Shown here one piece after another: positions 15,201 to 45,515 of a stretch of DNA of 64,000 nucleotides. The DNA is taken from positions 124,001 through 188,000 of the forward strand of contig NIVC01001184.1 in the NCBI GenBank assembly GCA_002269645.1, read 5' to 3'. Position numbers and translations under genes: made by a program. The first letter of the stretch is position 1. Each line of letters opens with the position of its first letter. Source of the stretch: Macrostomum lignano. Lineage: Eukaryota. The notes beneath the pieces are model-generated. The model saw only the letters and a list, made by a program, of their open reading frames with translations. It had not been told where the DNA came from and searched no databases.

Positions 15201-15478
15201 ATGGCTAGCAGCAGATATAAAGAGCCTATATCCAGCTTAGTAAGACTTCCTTCATTAAAAGAAAACAATTGAAATCCATATACTTAAGATAAGATTTCTA
15301 TTCATTTAACTAGATAAAATCAATTAGCCCTACCATTTATACAAAGAATGATTAGTGATTTGATTAGAGTTCATTTTTATTCAAGGTGTGACACACTTTA
15401 AAGGAAAAATAATAAATACATACCGCATGAAACTGTGATAAACAGTACCGCAACTATTCCTTTCTTTAACAAACACAT
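3004..15478 (-). CDS. Type I transmembrane Ig-superfamily protein (signal peptide, 3 Ig-like domains, TM helix, short tail), about 398 aa, 7 exons
   Basis: Exons 15424-15478, 13567-14006, 12309-12537, 11664-11951, 3989-4106, 3358-3403 and 3004-3024 all have AG/GT boundaries with matching phases (1,0,1,1,2,0) and total 1197 nt. Ig motifs: [37 protein letters not shown]: [22 protein letters not shown] followed by KRR. The ectodomain-to-TM join across the 7.5-kb intron is inferred from phase. Confidence 0.75.
3358..3403 (-). CDS. Cytoplasmic tail exon ([15 protein letters not shown])
   Basis: tttcag| acceptor, |gtaagt donor, phase matches the TM exon. Confidence 0.65.
3551..3960. repeat. 23-24-bp degenerate minisatellite, about 18 copies
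   Basis: aaattggcgccataaatctgattt. Confidence 0.9.
3989..4106 (-). CDS. Transmembrane exon
   Basis: ttgcag| acceptor, |gtaagt donor, 22-aa hydrophobic helix plus KRR stop-transfer. Confidence 0.8.
5140..5870. repeat. GA-rich polypurine low-complexity tract
   Basis: (gagagaggga)n. Confidence 0.93.
6832..7466. repeat. 16-19-bp G-rich minisatellite
   Basis: gtgtgacagagtgggggag. Confidence 0.95.
7757..8403. repeat. (TGTC)n microsatellite
   Basis: Same motif as the other arrays but in opposite orientation. Confidence 0.97.
9123..9251. repeat. (CAGA)n microsatellite
   Basis: Direct reading. Confidence 0.93.
10033..10366. repeat. (GATA)n/(CAGA)n compound microsatellite
   Basis: Direct reading. 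Confidence 0.95.
10975..11646. repeat. 25-bp minisatellite
   Basis: tgggtttgacaatgggttctgtgga. Confidence 0.95.
11664..11951 (-). CDS. Ig protein exon 4 (third Ig-like domain)
   Basis: 288-nt phase 1-1 exon, typical of Ig domains; Cys pair ITIC..FVCK; |gtgagt donor. Confidence 0.82.
11968..12290. repeat. (GATA)n/(CAGA)n compound microsatellite filling an intron
   Basis: Direct reading. Confidence 0.95.
12309..12537 (-). CDS. Ig protein exon 3 (second Ig-like domain)
   Basis: ccgcag| acceptor, |gtgagc donor, VLC...[11 protein letters not shown] (YxCxAxNxxG motif). Confidence 0.88.
12565..13490. repeat. 23-bp AT-rich minisatellite with a block duplication of about 460 bp
   Basis: aattagagagatattcagcgact; the variant block acaaagattattaacgaataatc occurs at about 12677 and 13138. 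Confidence 0.92.
13567..14006 (-). CDS. Ig protein exon 2 (N-terminal Ig-like domain)
   Basis: cag|GT acceptor, AAG|gtttgt donor, open frame [24 protein letters not shown]. Confidence 0.85.
15424..15478 (-). CDS. Ig protein exon 1 (signal peptide [18 protein letters not shown])
   Basis: ATG, basic residues then a hydrophobic core; phase-1 donor G|gtatgt matches the next exon. Confidence 0.7.
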
Positions 15479-17529
15479 TTTTGTTTCTGGCTGGCAGCTT
15501 GTTTTTAAAGAAATGCAAAGGGTAACGATTATTACCTACAGATGAAGAGAAACACCTAAGACCTTTTGTGTACTTTCGTACAAATCGAATAATCCAGGCT
15601 GCCAAACCTTGCTAATAAGTTTCAAAAATTATGAATAATCAACTACGTTAAAATAGAGCGTAAGCGCTTTAAAAACAACATATTGATCGTTTTACTGACA
15701 GAATTTTATAACTAATACAAAAAGCGACAAAAAAATGAATAAAATATAGCAATTTATCGAAACTTGCTAAGTCTATATTTTAGGTTTTGATATACTATAC
15801 AGGTCGAAAGCACACCGGAAAAGCATTTATAAGTTAATTCGTAAATTAACATGCAAGTACATACGTACAATTAATTCGTTTCGAACTGTTAAATCGTTCG
15901 TTCGGTCTCATGTGTTTGCACTATAATGTAAATAAAGCGCTGTATTTATGCTTACCTTGCGGCTCCTAATATAGTAGCTCAAAGACGTGGGTCGCCCTTT
16001 TCGTTACTGTAACAAATTAATTAATACATGTACATAAATGCAGCAGTAGCAGTTAAAAATCTGTCGATAGAAGAAAAATTTGGTTGAATTGCTGGACACG
16101 AAACAAGTCCTATACATATTTGTAGTTTTGTAGTTATGTATAGCTGCGTTATAAAATCTGCGATTATTTGAGACAGACACGCGGTAACGAATTGAATCTT
16201 CGAAAAATTATACTGCATATGTACACATGTAACATGTACAATTGATTAAGTCCCAGACCCCACTGTGACTTTATCAATTTTACTACAAAGCACCGAAATT
16301 GTACAATATTGTACATACACTGCACGTTCCCATACATGCAAGGTGCGCGGCAAACTATGTATAAAATGCATATATGAGATTCCTGAAATTTAATTAGAAA
16401 AAAAGGTACATGCATGTGCATGTATAGGCAGTAGGCACAGAGAGGCGGCTCGGAAATTAACCAGCTGGGAGCATGCAAGTACATACGCCAGTGGCTGCAT
16501 GAGTACACGTAAATGACCACGTACTCATAAAAATAAAGTTTTGCTAGCGCATTTTAAATCTTGGCCACAAAAATATGTAAAATTTAGAAATGATTCATTC
16601 AACCTAAAAAAACTTTTCCACACGCATGTGATGCCTGATTTGCAAAACTTTTTCACGTCCAAGATTCCCCTACGCAAGCATAACATTCATTTGCATGTCT
16701 GGTTCAATTATTTTATGCCAATAATTAAATAGCTAATTTAGCCTGCAAGTTTGATAAACGACAGCTGCTGCAAAAAATCTTAGAGATAAACTCGTCGCTA
16801 TAGATATTAATTATGCTTGTACAAAACACCTGCTAGTTAAACACCTGATGATGAGCTCCTTACTACGATCTATATACAGTGATCCTTGCGTAAACGTTAT
16901 TGAAAAAGTACACAAACTATAGCTATTAGATCTGATTTTAACAAGAAGTGTGCACGCCAGTTAGAACTACATGTATGAATCCACCACAAAATTTTAACAC
17001 GACAGGTAGGTACTAACTGGATAAACGTTTGTAAAAGCAACTACTATTTCTGAAGGTCTGTACAGGTACCTACTGAAAAAGGTATACTATACTTATACAA
17101 GAAAAAATATGGCGGTTTCAAATCCGACCGACATGTTAAACTACGTATTTCGCAATTATAGTCAATCGCAGAATCAATCGCAAAGTCAATCGCTAGCAAT
17201 TGTATCGAAAATCTAAGAGGCTACGCCATCTGAAAAAAAGCCTTTCTAAGATTCAGAGTGCTACTAGGCCAGCTGTTCCTGAAGCAGCAATATGCGCAGA
17301 TATAATAATTGCCTTCGCGACTAGACTAGAATTTTTCTCTACACTTAACAACGTAGGCAAATTTTTCAAAAAATGAACTTTCAGCACATTCCATGGCTTT
17401 GACAATGTGGTTTTGCAGGAACGCTAAAATAACAAATACCCATCAGTCTTACAGCACTGGTTAACTTTGTTTTCTGTGTTAGCGTGCCTGAGGCCGGCTT
17501 TTGTGTTATCAATTAGCTCTCTTGTTCCT

Positions 17530-17835
17530 TCCCCTATCTACCGTCCCTACCTACTCTCCCTATCTACTGTCTTATCTACTCTCTCTATCTACCATCTTAT
17601 CTACCGTCCTATCTACTCTCCCTATCTACCATCTTATCTACTCTCTCTATCTACCATGACTACCTATTCTCCCTATCTACCGTCCTTATCTACTCTCCCT
17701 ATCTACCGTCCTTATCTACTCTCCCTATCTACCACCCCTACCTACTTAACCTATTTACCATTTCTATCTACTGTCCCTATCTACCATCACTTACATACTC
17801 TACGTATCTACCATCGCTCTCTATCCACTTTCTTT
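17530..17835. repeat. Degenerate (ctatctac)-type tandem repeat
   Basis: Direct reading. Confidence 0.8.
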
Positions 17836-18595
17836 ATCTACATCTCCCCCTCCCTTCTGTTTCCGTTTTCTCATTTTATACCTTCATCTCAAATCTCCCT
17901 CTGTATCTCATTCCTCTTCCTTTCCATAGCAGAATTTTTGTCCAACTTTTGTCCCATTTAAATCCCAGTCAGTCTAAAATTCAATAATTTCCCCACACAC
18001 AAGCCGGCGGGTTACCTTTGCCACTGTCCATCTTTCGCACGAACCAGTAGAATGGCTAGAGGGCGGAGTTTAGTTCGAAAACACAAAAACCCGTCTCTCT
18101 AAGTCCATAAGAGTCGCAGCGGCCTGCCAATAACGCCAAGACAAAGCAGCTGTTATACACAAGTCTGGCTCGAATTTTTTCCCCGCGAAGAAGCCTCCTT
18201 AACTTTGCGCACAAGGGATCGTCGAGATCCAAAAAGCAGTGGGCAGGGGGGGGGGGCAAGGGGGAAGGCTCACGTTTTGCAAGGCAACAACCAAGGGTAT
18301 CTGTCAGTCAAGTTATCCCAAATTGATTTTCGAACCGAAACCAGTTCCCATAGTTGGAAACACAGTTCCCTGCCCATCTGCCGGTGTAAAATCTGGGTGG
18401 AGTGATTTGCCCGAAAAGTGCAGACAGCAGCGCCGGCCCGACGCAGACATGGCTGTGACGCACGCGGATTTGCTTAGAACAGAATTTTTCAAGGACCGCT
18501 TTTAAATGCCAGAAATAGATGCCGCCCGCTTCCGCATGTGGGAGGCTGACGCGCATTGAAGGACAGACAACAGGAGGCACTTTAAAGGTCACAAA

Positions 18596-19003
18596 GTAGA
18601 GAGGCAGATTCTCAAGGACTGATGAAGCGAGCGGAGAGGCAGATTCTCAAGGACTGATGGACAGTGGAGAGGCAGATTCTCAAGGACTGATGGAGAGCGG
18701 AGAGGCAGATTCTCAAGGACTGATGGACAGTGGAGAGGCAGATTCTCAAGGACTGATGGACAGTGGAGAGGCAGATTCTCAAGGATTGATGGAGAGCGGA
18801 GAGGCAGATTCTCAAGGATTGATGGACAGTGGAGAGGCAGATTCTCAAGGACTGATGGACAGTGGAGAGGCAGATTCTCAAGGACTGATGGAGAGTGGAG
18901 AGGCAGATTCTCAAGGACTGATGGACAGTGGAGAGGCAGATTCTCAAGGACTGGGGGAGTAGAGAGCCAGATTCTCAAGGACTGGGGAGCGGAGAGGCAG
19001 ATT
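18596..19003. repeat. 33-bp minisatellite, about 12 copies
   Basis: agaggcagattctcaaggactgatggacagtgg. Confidence 0.95.
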
Positions 19004-19564
19004 TAATGCTACATTAGCAATTTTCCAAGTCAAAACAGTGCATAGAAACCAAAACGCGGCTTTGGAATTAAACAATAACAAAAGACTATCCGCTGTAAAC
19101 TGTGATATAACTGTGAAAAAATGTCTTTATATATTAGACTAAAATTTCAATTGTCAAAAATGAACTGAAGGCACTCAGCTGACACAAAATGAACAGTTGA
19201 TATTAATGACAGAAATCAATAGCAAAATAAAACACACACGATATGCCTGCATACTTCGGTTTGGTAAAATAATCAGCTTTGGTCTTAAAACGTTTCGTAA
19301 TTGGATTAAAAGTCTACTAGTAAACGGTAAAGCAAGGACATTGCTAGGTTAAAGAAACACAAAATATGGTTAATAAATTTGGTGAAAAAAGCAAAACACA
19401 GAGAGCTAGCTTTTCACTACTGGCCTAGTACATGTAAATGGTGATTTGTTAGCAAAAATCAGTGTTTTATTTGCACTATTAATTTTTGTAAGACTAATTA
19501 CGAGATTAATTAAATGTTTTCCGATAAATAGTCTTGTTACTGAAGGAGCTGAGGGTGCTGAAGG

Positions 19565-19967
19565 ATTTGGGACTTGAGATTTGGGACTTGAGATTTGGGA
19601 CTTGAGATATTCGGACTTGAGATTTGGGACTTGAGATATTCAGACTTGAGATTTGGGACTTCAGATTTGGGATTTGAGATATTCGGACTTGAGATTTGGG
19701 ACTTGAGATATTCAGACTTGAGATTTGGGACTTGAGATTTGGGACTTGAGATATTCGGACTTGAGATTTGGGACTTGAGATATTCAGACTTGAGATTTGG
19801 GACTTCAGATTTGGGATTTGAGATTTGGGACTTGAGATCTGGGACTCGAGGTTTGGGACTTGAGGTTTGGGACTTGAGATTTAGGAGTCGAGATTTGGGA
19901 CTTGAGATTTGGGACTTGAGATTTGGGACTCGAGGTTTGGGACTTGAGGTTTGGGACTTGAGGTTTG
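19565..19967. repeat. 14-15-bp minisatellite
   Basis: gggacttgagattt. Confidence 0.93.
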
Positions 19968-20493
19968 ACGAACCAATAATTAGGATCCGGAATTAAAAAT
20001 AAATGAGCTGACTAAAATACAAAAAAACTGTAACACACAAATTGTTTTAAAAAATGCTAACACATCGAGTTTCCTAACCACAGAAAGCAGATTAAGAAAC
20101 ATTTAATATGGCTCAAATAAACGACAAAAAAGCTTTTACAAAGTACGGCTTGCGCTTTAACAAGCGGAGCAAAAGGTTAATATGAGAAAATTCGATTTTG
20201 GGGAAAATCTAAAAGACTACAAAGATTCACTGCTCACCTCACTGAGGACTTAGTCATAGCTTTCGTTTTAAAAACCACTGCTGCAGTACGGCACAGGATT
20301 GAAAAAATGAAAACAGGACAAACACGTGAAAATGTTCTGATTTCGTCGAAAAAAGGTGAAATAATAATTTAGAATAATTACTGGCTTAAACTCAGGTGAC
20401 CGTACTGACAAAACATAACTTCTTTGTGTTCTCCAGTTCAAGCAGAGCTTCTGCGACTGGGACCGAGCACAAGTCGGCTGGCAAAGGTTGCTA

Positions 20494-38224
<17,731 letters not shown>

Positions 38225-38688
38225 GCCGTTATGGTGAATAATTATATTAAATCTAGAAAATATGTCAGTGAGATTAAATTATAGTTTGTTAGAACAAATA
38301 TTCAGATGCAGAATTACTATTCATTAAAATAGTGCTAGGATTTTTGCTGGGAGAGTTAAATACGGAAGAAAAGGACTGCAAGAAATGTGTAGCAAGACGA
38401 CAGCGCCTCTTTTTATACCCATAGCTCTTGTACCTTCCCAAAGCCTCTAGCAACCTCTCTGCGCTGTCCCCATAGCGCTCCAATTGGTCAGTTGTAAAGG
38501 AAGGGAAGAAGGCGCATGAACCTTGGTCGATATCTGCAGATAGAACCTTTCGAGACTTTGCCAAGGACTACTTAATCGTGCCCACTGGAATGCAGTCGAC
38601 TTCAAAAAATAACCCTTTTGCAATACAATTTTATGCTTCCTGTCAAAATTTGAATCTAAAAAATAAACTTCCCTTTTTGATGTTCCTA

Positions 38689-39110
38689 GATGGGCCACTC
38701 AGATTCTTAGCAAAACAGCTTTCTACTCTCTATTCAGTAGCAAAGAAGAATACATAAGCTATTTTATAAAAATAAAGTCAGCTGAAATGACTTCGATAAG
38801 TTCGATAAGTTCGATAAGCCCAAGCTTGCAGGCGCGTAAACAACTTGCTAATTGGTTTAGCAATAATGTACATTAGCCAGTCCACTGAAATGTACATGGC
38901 AGCTTTAGGCTGGAATTCCGAGAAGGGCAATAAAAATTGGGGCGGGGCGGGGGAGGGGGGTAGTGTGGAAATGGCGCGGTTGGAGGGTTTAAGGGTTTAA
39001 GCTGGGCTGGGGGGTAAGAGCCTTGGCTTTAAAAATATATTAAAATGCTTCTGTTTAACTTACTACTGAATTGAAAGTAGCTTACAGGCAAATATGCTGA
39101 GTGGCCCATC
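38689..39110. mobile_element. MITE, Tc1/mariner (Stowaway)-like, copy 1
   Basis: TIR gatgggccactcag...ctgagtggcccatc flanked by TA; related copy at 59828-60209. Confidence 0.8.
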
Positions 39111-39704
39111 TAGTCATTCTAGGTATCTGTGGTTTCTATTAAAAACTTATTTAGTTGAAGAAAGCATTGCTCCAGACAACTTGCTACAGAATGCCATGGC
39201 GAGGGCAGAGAGAATGAAAGTCAAGGAAAAGAAAGCATATAGTCGGTCATAACTGGCTGTAAGCTTTTGCTTCAAGGAATTTCCTAGGGGCGTGGAAAAT
39301 ACGAGGACAAATAGAAAATAAACAAGGAGAAGCGGCACTGGGACGGACAGGAATGAAAATGACGAATAGTCGGGGAAAAAGGACGAGGTCCGACGAGCTA
39401 CCAGATTGCCAGGTAAACCCCAATCAAGCGCTGTCGAAAGCCGCATAAATGATCTATTTACCAGAAATTACGACAATCATAACTTGTTAAATGGAGGCTG
39501 GGCACAGTAAAATTGCATTAAGTCCTTGATTCTATCTGAGGTTGATGCTAAATATATCTATCTGCCTTGCCCTCTGTGGGGGATTCATAAACGCTCCTAA
39601 GCTGAGGAATGGAGTTAAAAAGAATGCATTTCTAGGATAATTTTGCCCTTATGTCATGATTTCCTATAGGATTCGATACAGGGCCGACAGAACAGGATTA
39701 ATGT

Positions 39705-40380
39705 TATGATAGAGCACGGATTTATGCATTGATAAAGCACGGATTGGTAAGTTGATAGAACACGGATTGGTGAGTTGATAGCACACGGATTGATGAGTTG
39801 ATAGCACATGGATTGGTGAGTTGATAGAACACGGATTGATAAGTTGATAGAACACGGATTGATGAGTTGATAGAACACGGATTGGTGAGTTGATAGAACA
39901 CGGATTGATGAGTTGATAGCACATGGATTGGTGAGTTGATAGAACACGGATTGGTGAGTTGATAGAACACGGATTGATAAGTTGATAGAACACGGATTGA
40001 TGAGTTGATAGAACACGGATTGGTGAGTTGATAGAACACGGATTGGTGAGTTGATAGCACACGGATTGATGAGTTGATAGAACACGGATTGATAAGTTGA
40101 TAGAACACGGATTGATGAGTTGATAGAACACGGATTGGTGAGTTGATAGAACACGGATTGGTGAGTTGATAGAACACGGATTGGTGAGTTGATAGAACAC
40201 GGATTGGTGAGTTGATAGCACATGGATTGATAAGTTGATAGAACATCGATTGATGCATTGATAGAGCACGGATTAATAAGTTGATAGAACATGAATTGAT
40301 ACGTTGATATAGCACGGATTGATGAGTTGATGCAGCACGGATTAAGCAGGTGGAAGCAGGTGGCCTGATATAGCACAGAT
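39705..40380. repeat. 23-bp minisatellite
   Basis: agttgatagaacacggattggtg. Confidence 0.94.
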
Positions 40381-43300
40381 TAGCGAGCTCGTAAGCACAC
40401 GGTTTGATAATTTAATCAAGAGTATTGTTACCTACTACAAGTAGGCCCTATTGATTGTGAAAAGCAGATTTATCTGGCAAATCAAAAAAGGCAAAAAGGA
40501 AGTCTAAATCCTGTAAAACAGCAAAAAAAATTTGAGTTATTTTCGAGCATAAAATGCAAACAAACGGTGCGCAGCCTTTATATAGTTAAAATATTTATTA
40601 AACATAATTTTTTAAACAAAAAACTGAACAAAATGAAGCGCACGCAAACAGGGCAGAACACGGGAGAATAGCAGAGACAACTGAGTGACAGTGAAAACTT
40701 TTGTGTTTAAAAAAACAAACGGGCAGAATTGAAGAGAATTTGATCACCAGATCAAGAGAGTGCTTATGCACACATAATTAACAAGGAAACGTAATAAAAA
40801 TTACAAGTGAGCACAGTTTAATTACACAGACATGGGCCGGCGTCGATTGCGATAAAAATATTAGTAGATATTAACCGAAATGTGTTTGATAACTGTGCAG
40901 CTATTCTTTATCGATTTTAATATTTCTAAAATGAACCGAAACCCCTTTTGTCCTAATGCTTAATCCTCCTACACAAAACAGGCTGCATTTACTATTTGAA
41001 GTAGGCATTTAAATGTGACAGCATGCAAAATATGTCACCAAAATTAACTGTAATTATGGAAGTGGGCAATTTAAAAAATTTATAAGCACGAATGCGCTAC
41101 GGTAAAAAAGCTAAATTTGAAACGTACTAAAAGTTGACATTATTAAGTTAATAGGATTTCGAATTCCACTGCGTGGCAAATACAAGTTATGATTATTCTT
41201 ACATGTATCTGCACTGCTCACAAAAACCCAAAACGGCTGCACCAAAAGTAACTAACAGGTGCAAACTTGAAGAGCAAGCAAAAAAGTGTTTTTTTTATTT
41301 TGAGATAATTTATACATCGAACAAGAAACAGGAGTCGCCAGCGTATTATACACGAGAAAGATCCTGGGCGGTGAGACGGGTCCTCCCAGTCTGCATTTTT
41401 GTTTTTAAAAACACAAACTGTACATTCGAAGCAAATCGTTTCAAGTTCACGAAAAAAAACAGAAAAAAATATGCAAAAAGAAAATTTAAGCAGAGAATGA
41501 TTTTTGTAGCCAACTTAACTAATAAATAAAACAAAAGGACAAACAGCAGCAGACGAGCAACAATAAATAAACGAGAAAAGAAGAGCTTTCGGCGCAAGAG
41601 CAGCAGTGTTGGCCGATAGAATGAGAATCAATCGAGATAAAATTGAGAATAAAACTTGCACAGATATCAAATTTTATTTAATATTGGAAGCTGTTGACAG
41701 ACAATTGTGCCTCACCTAAATGTGCAGCATTTTAAAAAAAAATTATTTTGTTTTAGAGAATGAAACATTATATATTAAATATTAAAATTTTATTAACAAC
41801 TATATTGAACAAATTAGTTGAAAACTATCCTAAAACCATAACTGAGAAAATAAAGCTACTGATAATGGCAAAGATTATGTTTACTATTATATTAGGCAAC
41901 TTTTGTCACCTACTTTTTTAGTTTAAAGGATTATTTAATTTTCTTAATATCCTTACTGCTTGACATTATCAGTTACATAAAAATTATTAGTGAATTATCA
42001 ACAAACTCCGTCCTAATTATTGAATATTACTTTGCAAAGTTACAACAAAGTACACAATAAGCTACAAACCAAGATTGCACAAAAAGAACTGATAATTGCA
42101 CACAAAATCATAGTACTTTAACTAGGTAGAGAAGAATAGTATTATCAATAGATTATTTAGCCAATTAAAATCAATAATTATAAGAGCCATCACTTTTTAA
42201 AGATTTTAACTACTATCAGTGTACAAACTAATGCTGTTTAAATGTGTACCTTAAAGGCACACAGATATTCTTTAGTTAAATACTTTCAAATACTTAAACA
42301 AAGAGACGAAGAGAATCAGAAAAAAAAACATTTTCAATACTAATTGACCAACAAAAGTCTTTAGAGTAACATAAAATCTTTTAGCTACTCTCAAAGTACA
42401 GAACACAGTAATAAAAATATGTAAAGGAATGACAAAATTAATTTTATAGAGAGCAGATATGGTCATGCAGAAAAAACATGGGACTGATACTCATGTCCTT
42501 TTCTTCTTGAGGAGCCTCAAGATGCACAAGTCAAATTGCAAAATCATAGCAGTGATGGCCATGCAGCTGTAGCCAGAAACATGACAACAATGCAGTGGTA
42601 ACACACAGAATCATAACAAATATATTAATTTAGGCAGCTAAAAAAGCAGTACAATAAGCCAGAAACATAGTTTAATCTGCCTAGTAGAACCTTCACTCCT
42701 ATCCAATCAATTCGACTACATTGTGGCTGCTTTCAGATATTCCCCCTGTCGCCCTACTGGCAGCGATTGGCTGGAAAGAGAACATTGCGAATTTGTAATT
42801 AAATAAATGCTAAGGTAAATTATATTCAGTAGATACAATGCAATACTTAATTACTATAAAAATTAACAAATTAGAAGTAATATTTGTCAACTTTATAAAA
42901 AATAACAAACTTTCTTGTTTATCATTTTCTTATCAAATCATTTTAAAACACTTGTTTAATTAAAATGAATTAGCCAATAGTAGCCTTCAAAATGTAATAA
43001 TTATTTAGGAAGTTACCATTATTAAACTATGAAACAACTAATATGCTACATAATAGCTTACACTCATATTACATTTTACCAAAAATCTTTTAATAAAAAA
43101 ATCTGGCTTTGAAATACATCATTACTATGTCATTACTTATATTCTGTTTCTTATATTTATACTTAAAAGTAGGTTTAAACTTTGAAATTGCTAAAAAACA
43201 AGTATAATAAAACTAAAAGACAATGAATATTGCATAAGATACCACATTATAAAAGACTTAAAGATTTCAATAGATTTTCTATAGATATATTGATAGAGCC

Positions 43301-44589
43301 ATAGTTAAAGATTTTTAATATACAATAAAAATAAAGGACAAGCTTAAAAGTTCATAATTTGGAAATCTAGCAAATATATTATTAATAGCAATGCCTTTAT
43401 AAGTAGCAGTGCTCTTTAATACATGAACCATAAAAAACTTATATAAGAAAATTAACAATACTATTGATTTTTCTTCTACTAAATAATAAGATTCTAAACT
43501 AATTATAACAATAAATGACTATTTTAGTCATAATTTTAAAATAAAATATTTTTCATTTTAAGATTTTTTTAATTAGAATACAATCTCATACTATATAGTA
43601 TTATTATTTTTGTATGACTAAAGAAATAAAGAAAAGATACAGCGCATATTTTATAGGCATTGGAACAAGGGTGATGGGATAAGGGGAGAAGGACCAAGGG
43701 GCCATGGCTTTCCTACTTTTAAAATAGGGGGTCATCAATGATACCCATCTTTACTTTTTTAGCAACTTTTGCTATTTTTTTCCAAATAGTACAAACATTG
43801 TTCTATATTTAATCTGTTTAAATATTTACTACTTCATATCTTATAAGAGGTTGAGACTAAAATATAGATTAGATTGTAGATTGGGTTAGATCCAGGATCT
43901 AAGATCCATTAAGTTAGCAATAATTAATTGATTATAACAAATGAGTAATGATAGGCATAACAACAAGGGATGCAAGGGGCTATGCTTCCTCTTACTTTAA
44001 AAGTAAGGGGCATCAACTGTACCTGCCTTCTAGATATATATTAGAGCAAAAAGGAATAATGCTCTAATATATTATTATATAAAACATAATTTTGGATTTT
44101 CACTTTCAGACAAACAAAAATTTAGTAAAAATTAATTCACCAATGCTAAATTTACAGATTAAAGATTTTGATTGGTGATTAAAGACATAATTAATATATT
44201 GTATTAAGACTACAATACTTAACTTTGTATGCATACTCATAAAGTTAATACATTGATAGAATTCACAAAGAATCTTAATATATATTTTGCCATATTGTTT
44301 TGATCTCATTATGCATTATTAGTCAATGCTTTCTAGGCCTAAATGTAAAATATATAAATAAATAAATATAAATTGCCATGCTTAAGCCTTAGGCCTATTT
44401 ATTAGCTAGGCTTATGCAAAAATTGAAATGTTGCACTCTGGGTTTCAGTTGTATATTATACAAAATATTTCAAGTTGCTTCACATTAAATTAGAAAAAAA
44501 TATTTACTACTTTCTTGATAATATACATATTGCAATTAGGCAGTACTGTATAGCTCAACTGAATCCATATATAATATAATACAGGCATG

Positions 44590-45515
44590 CACTGATAGGC
44601 ACTAGCGCCACTAAATTTGAACTCTGCTAAAGCGCCACTAATTCTGCTAAATTGAAATTCCAATTAGCGCACACTATCAAAGCGCCGCTAATATTTTTTT
44701 GAAAATTGCTAATGGCGCTAAATTCATTTTTTTGCTATAAAACTAGACAGTTAATGACTGTTTAATACTTAAAATGAGACCCTATTTGAGTAATAAGTTG
44801 AAGATTATGTAAATCTACCTATACTAAATCTCTAATGTTTTTTATTTTCTTAGCAATGCAAAACAAAACTTAAATATCTTTTTTTGCTTTCGTTATCAAC
44901 AATTAATCTTGTTTTTGTCATTGACTTTCAAAAGTTTTCTTACTACTTTTAATTTGTTAGCAAAAAGTTGTTGATTAATTTAATTTCATTTAATAATGAA
45001 ATTCAACGTTCAACTCAGTTGATATTCTAAGCCATGCAAAGTGACAGGCTATCAACAGGGTGATGTTGGGGTTAATAAATCCCATACCACTGATTCAAGC
45101 TAATGATCTCGCCTTCCTTTTTGAGTATAAGGTCGTGGCCCCAGTAGCAAGGGCCCTTGACACTTTTCAAGGCAAACAGCTGTAATTTAGGAACTCTTTC
45201 TACCAACTGTTGCTCTGACAGTTCAGCAGCTTGAGGATTTTTTATTAGGATTGATAATAAAAACAAAATATTAGCAATAGCATTATTAGCTTAGTCATTT
45301 AAAATGTGTGAGTTAAAAATGTGCAAAAGCACATAAATATGTGTGAAATGGCAGTTAACATTAAATGTATTTACTAATTAGTGCATTTCTAAATTAACGG
45401 CACTAATTGGGCTAAATTCATAGTAGAAATAGCGCCTGCTATTAGTGATTGCTAATTTTTTTCTTCTATCAGTTAGCAATAGTGCTAAAAATAAATTTAG
45501 TGGTGCCTATCACTG
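44590..45515. mobile_element. Old non-autonomous DNA element, possibly hAT-like
   Basis: Imperfect TIRs cactgataggcac..ccactaaattt / aaatttagtggtgcctatcactg, subterminal gcgcca repeats; TSD not clear. Confidence 0.55.

Noticed and set aside
38289-39446. Short ORFs upstream of SERCA
   Set aside because: No motifs recognised; partly overlapped by a MITE.
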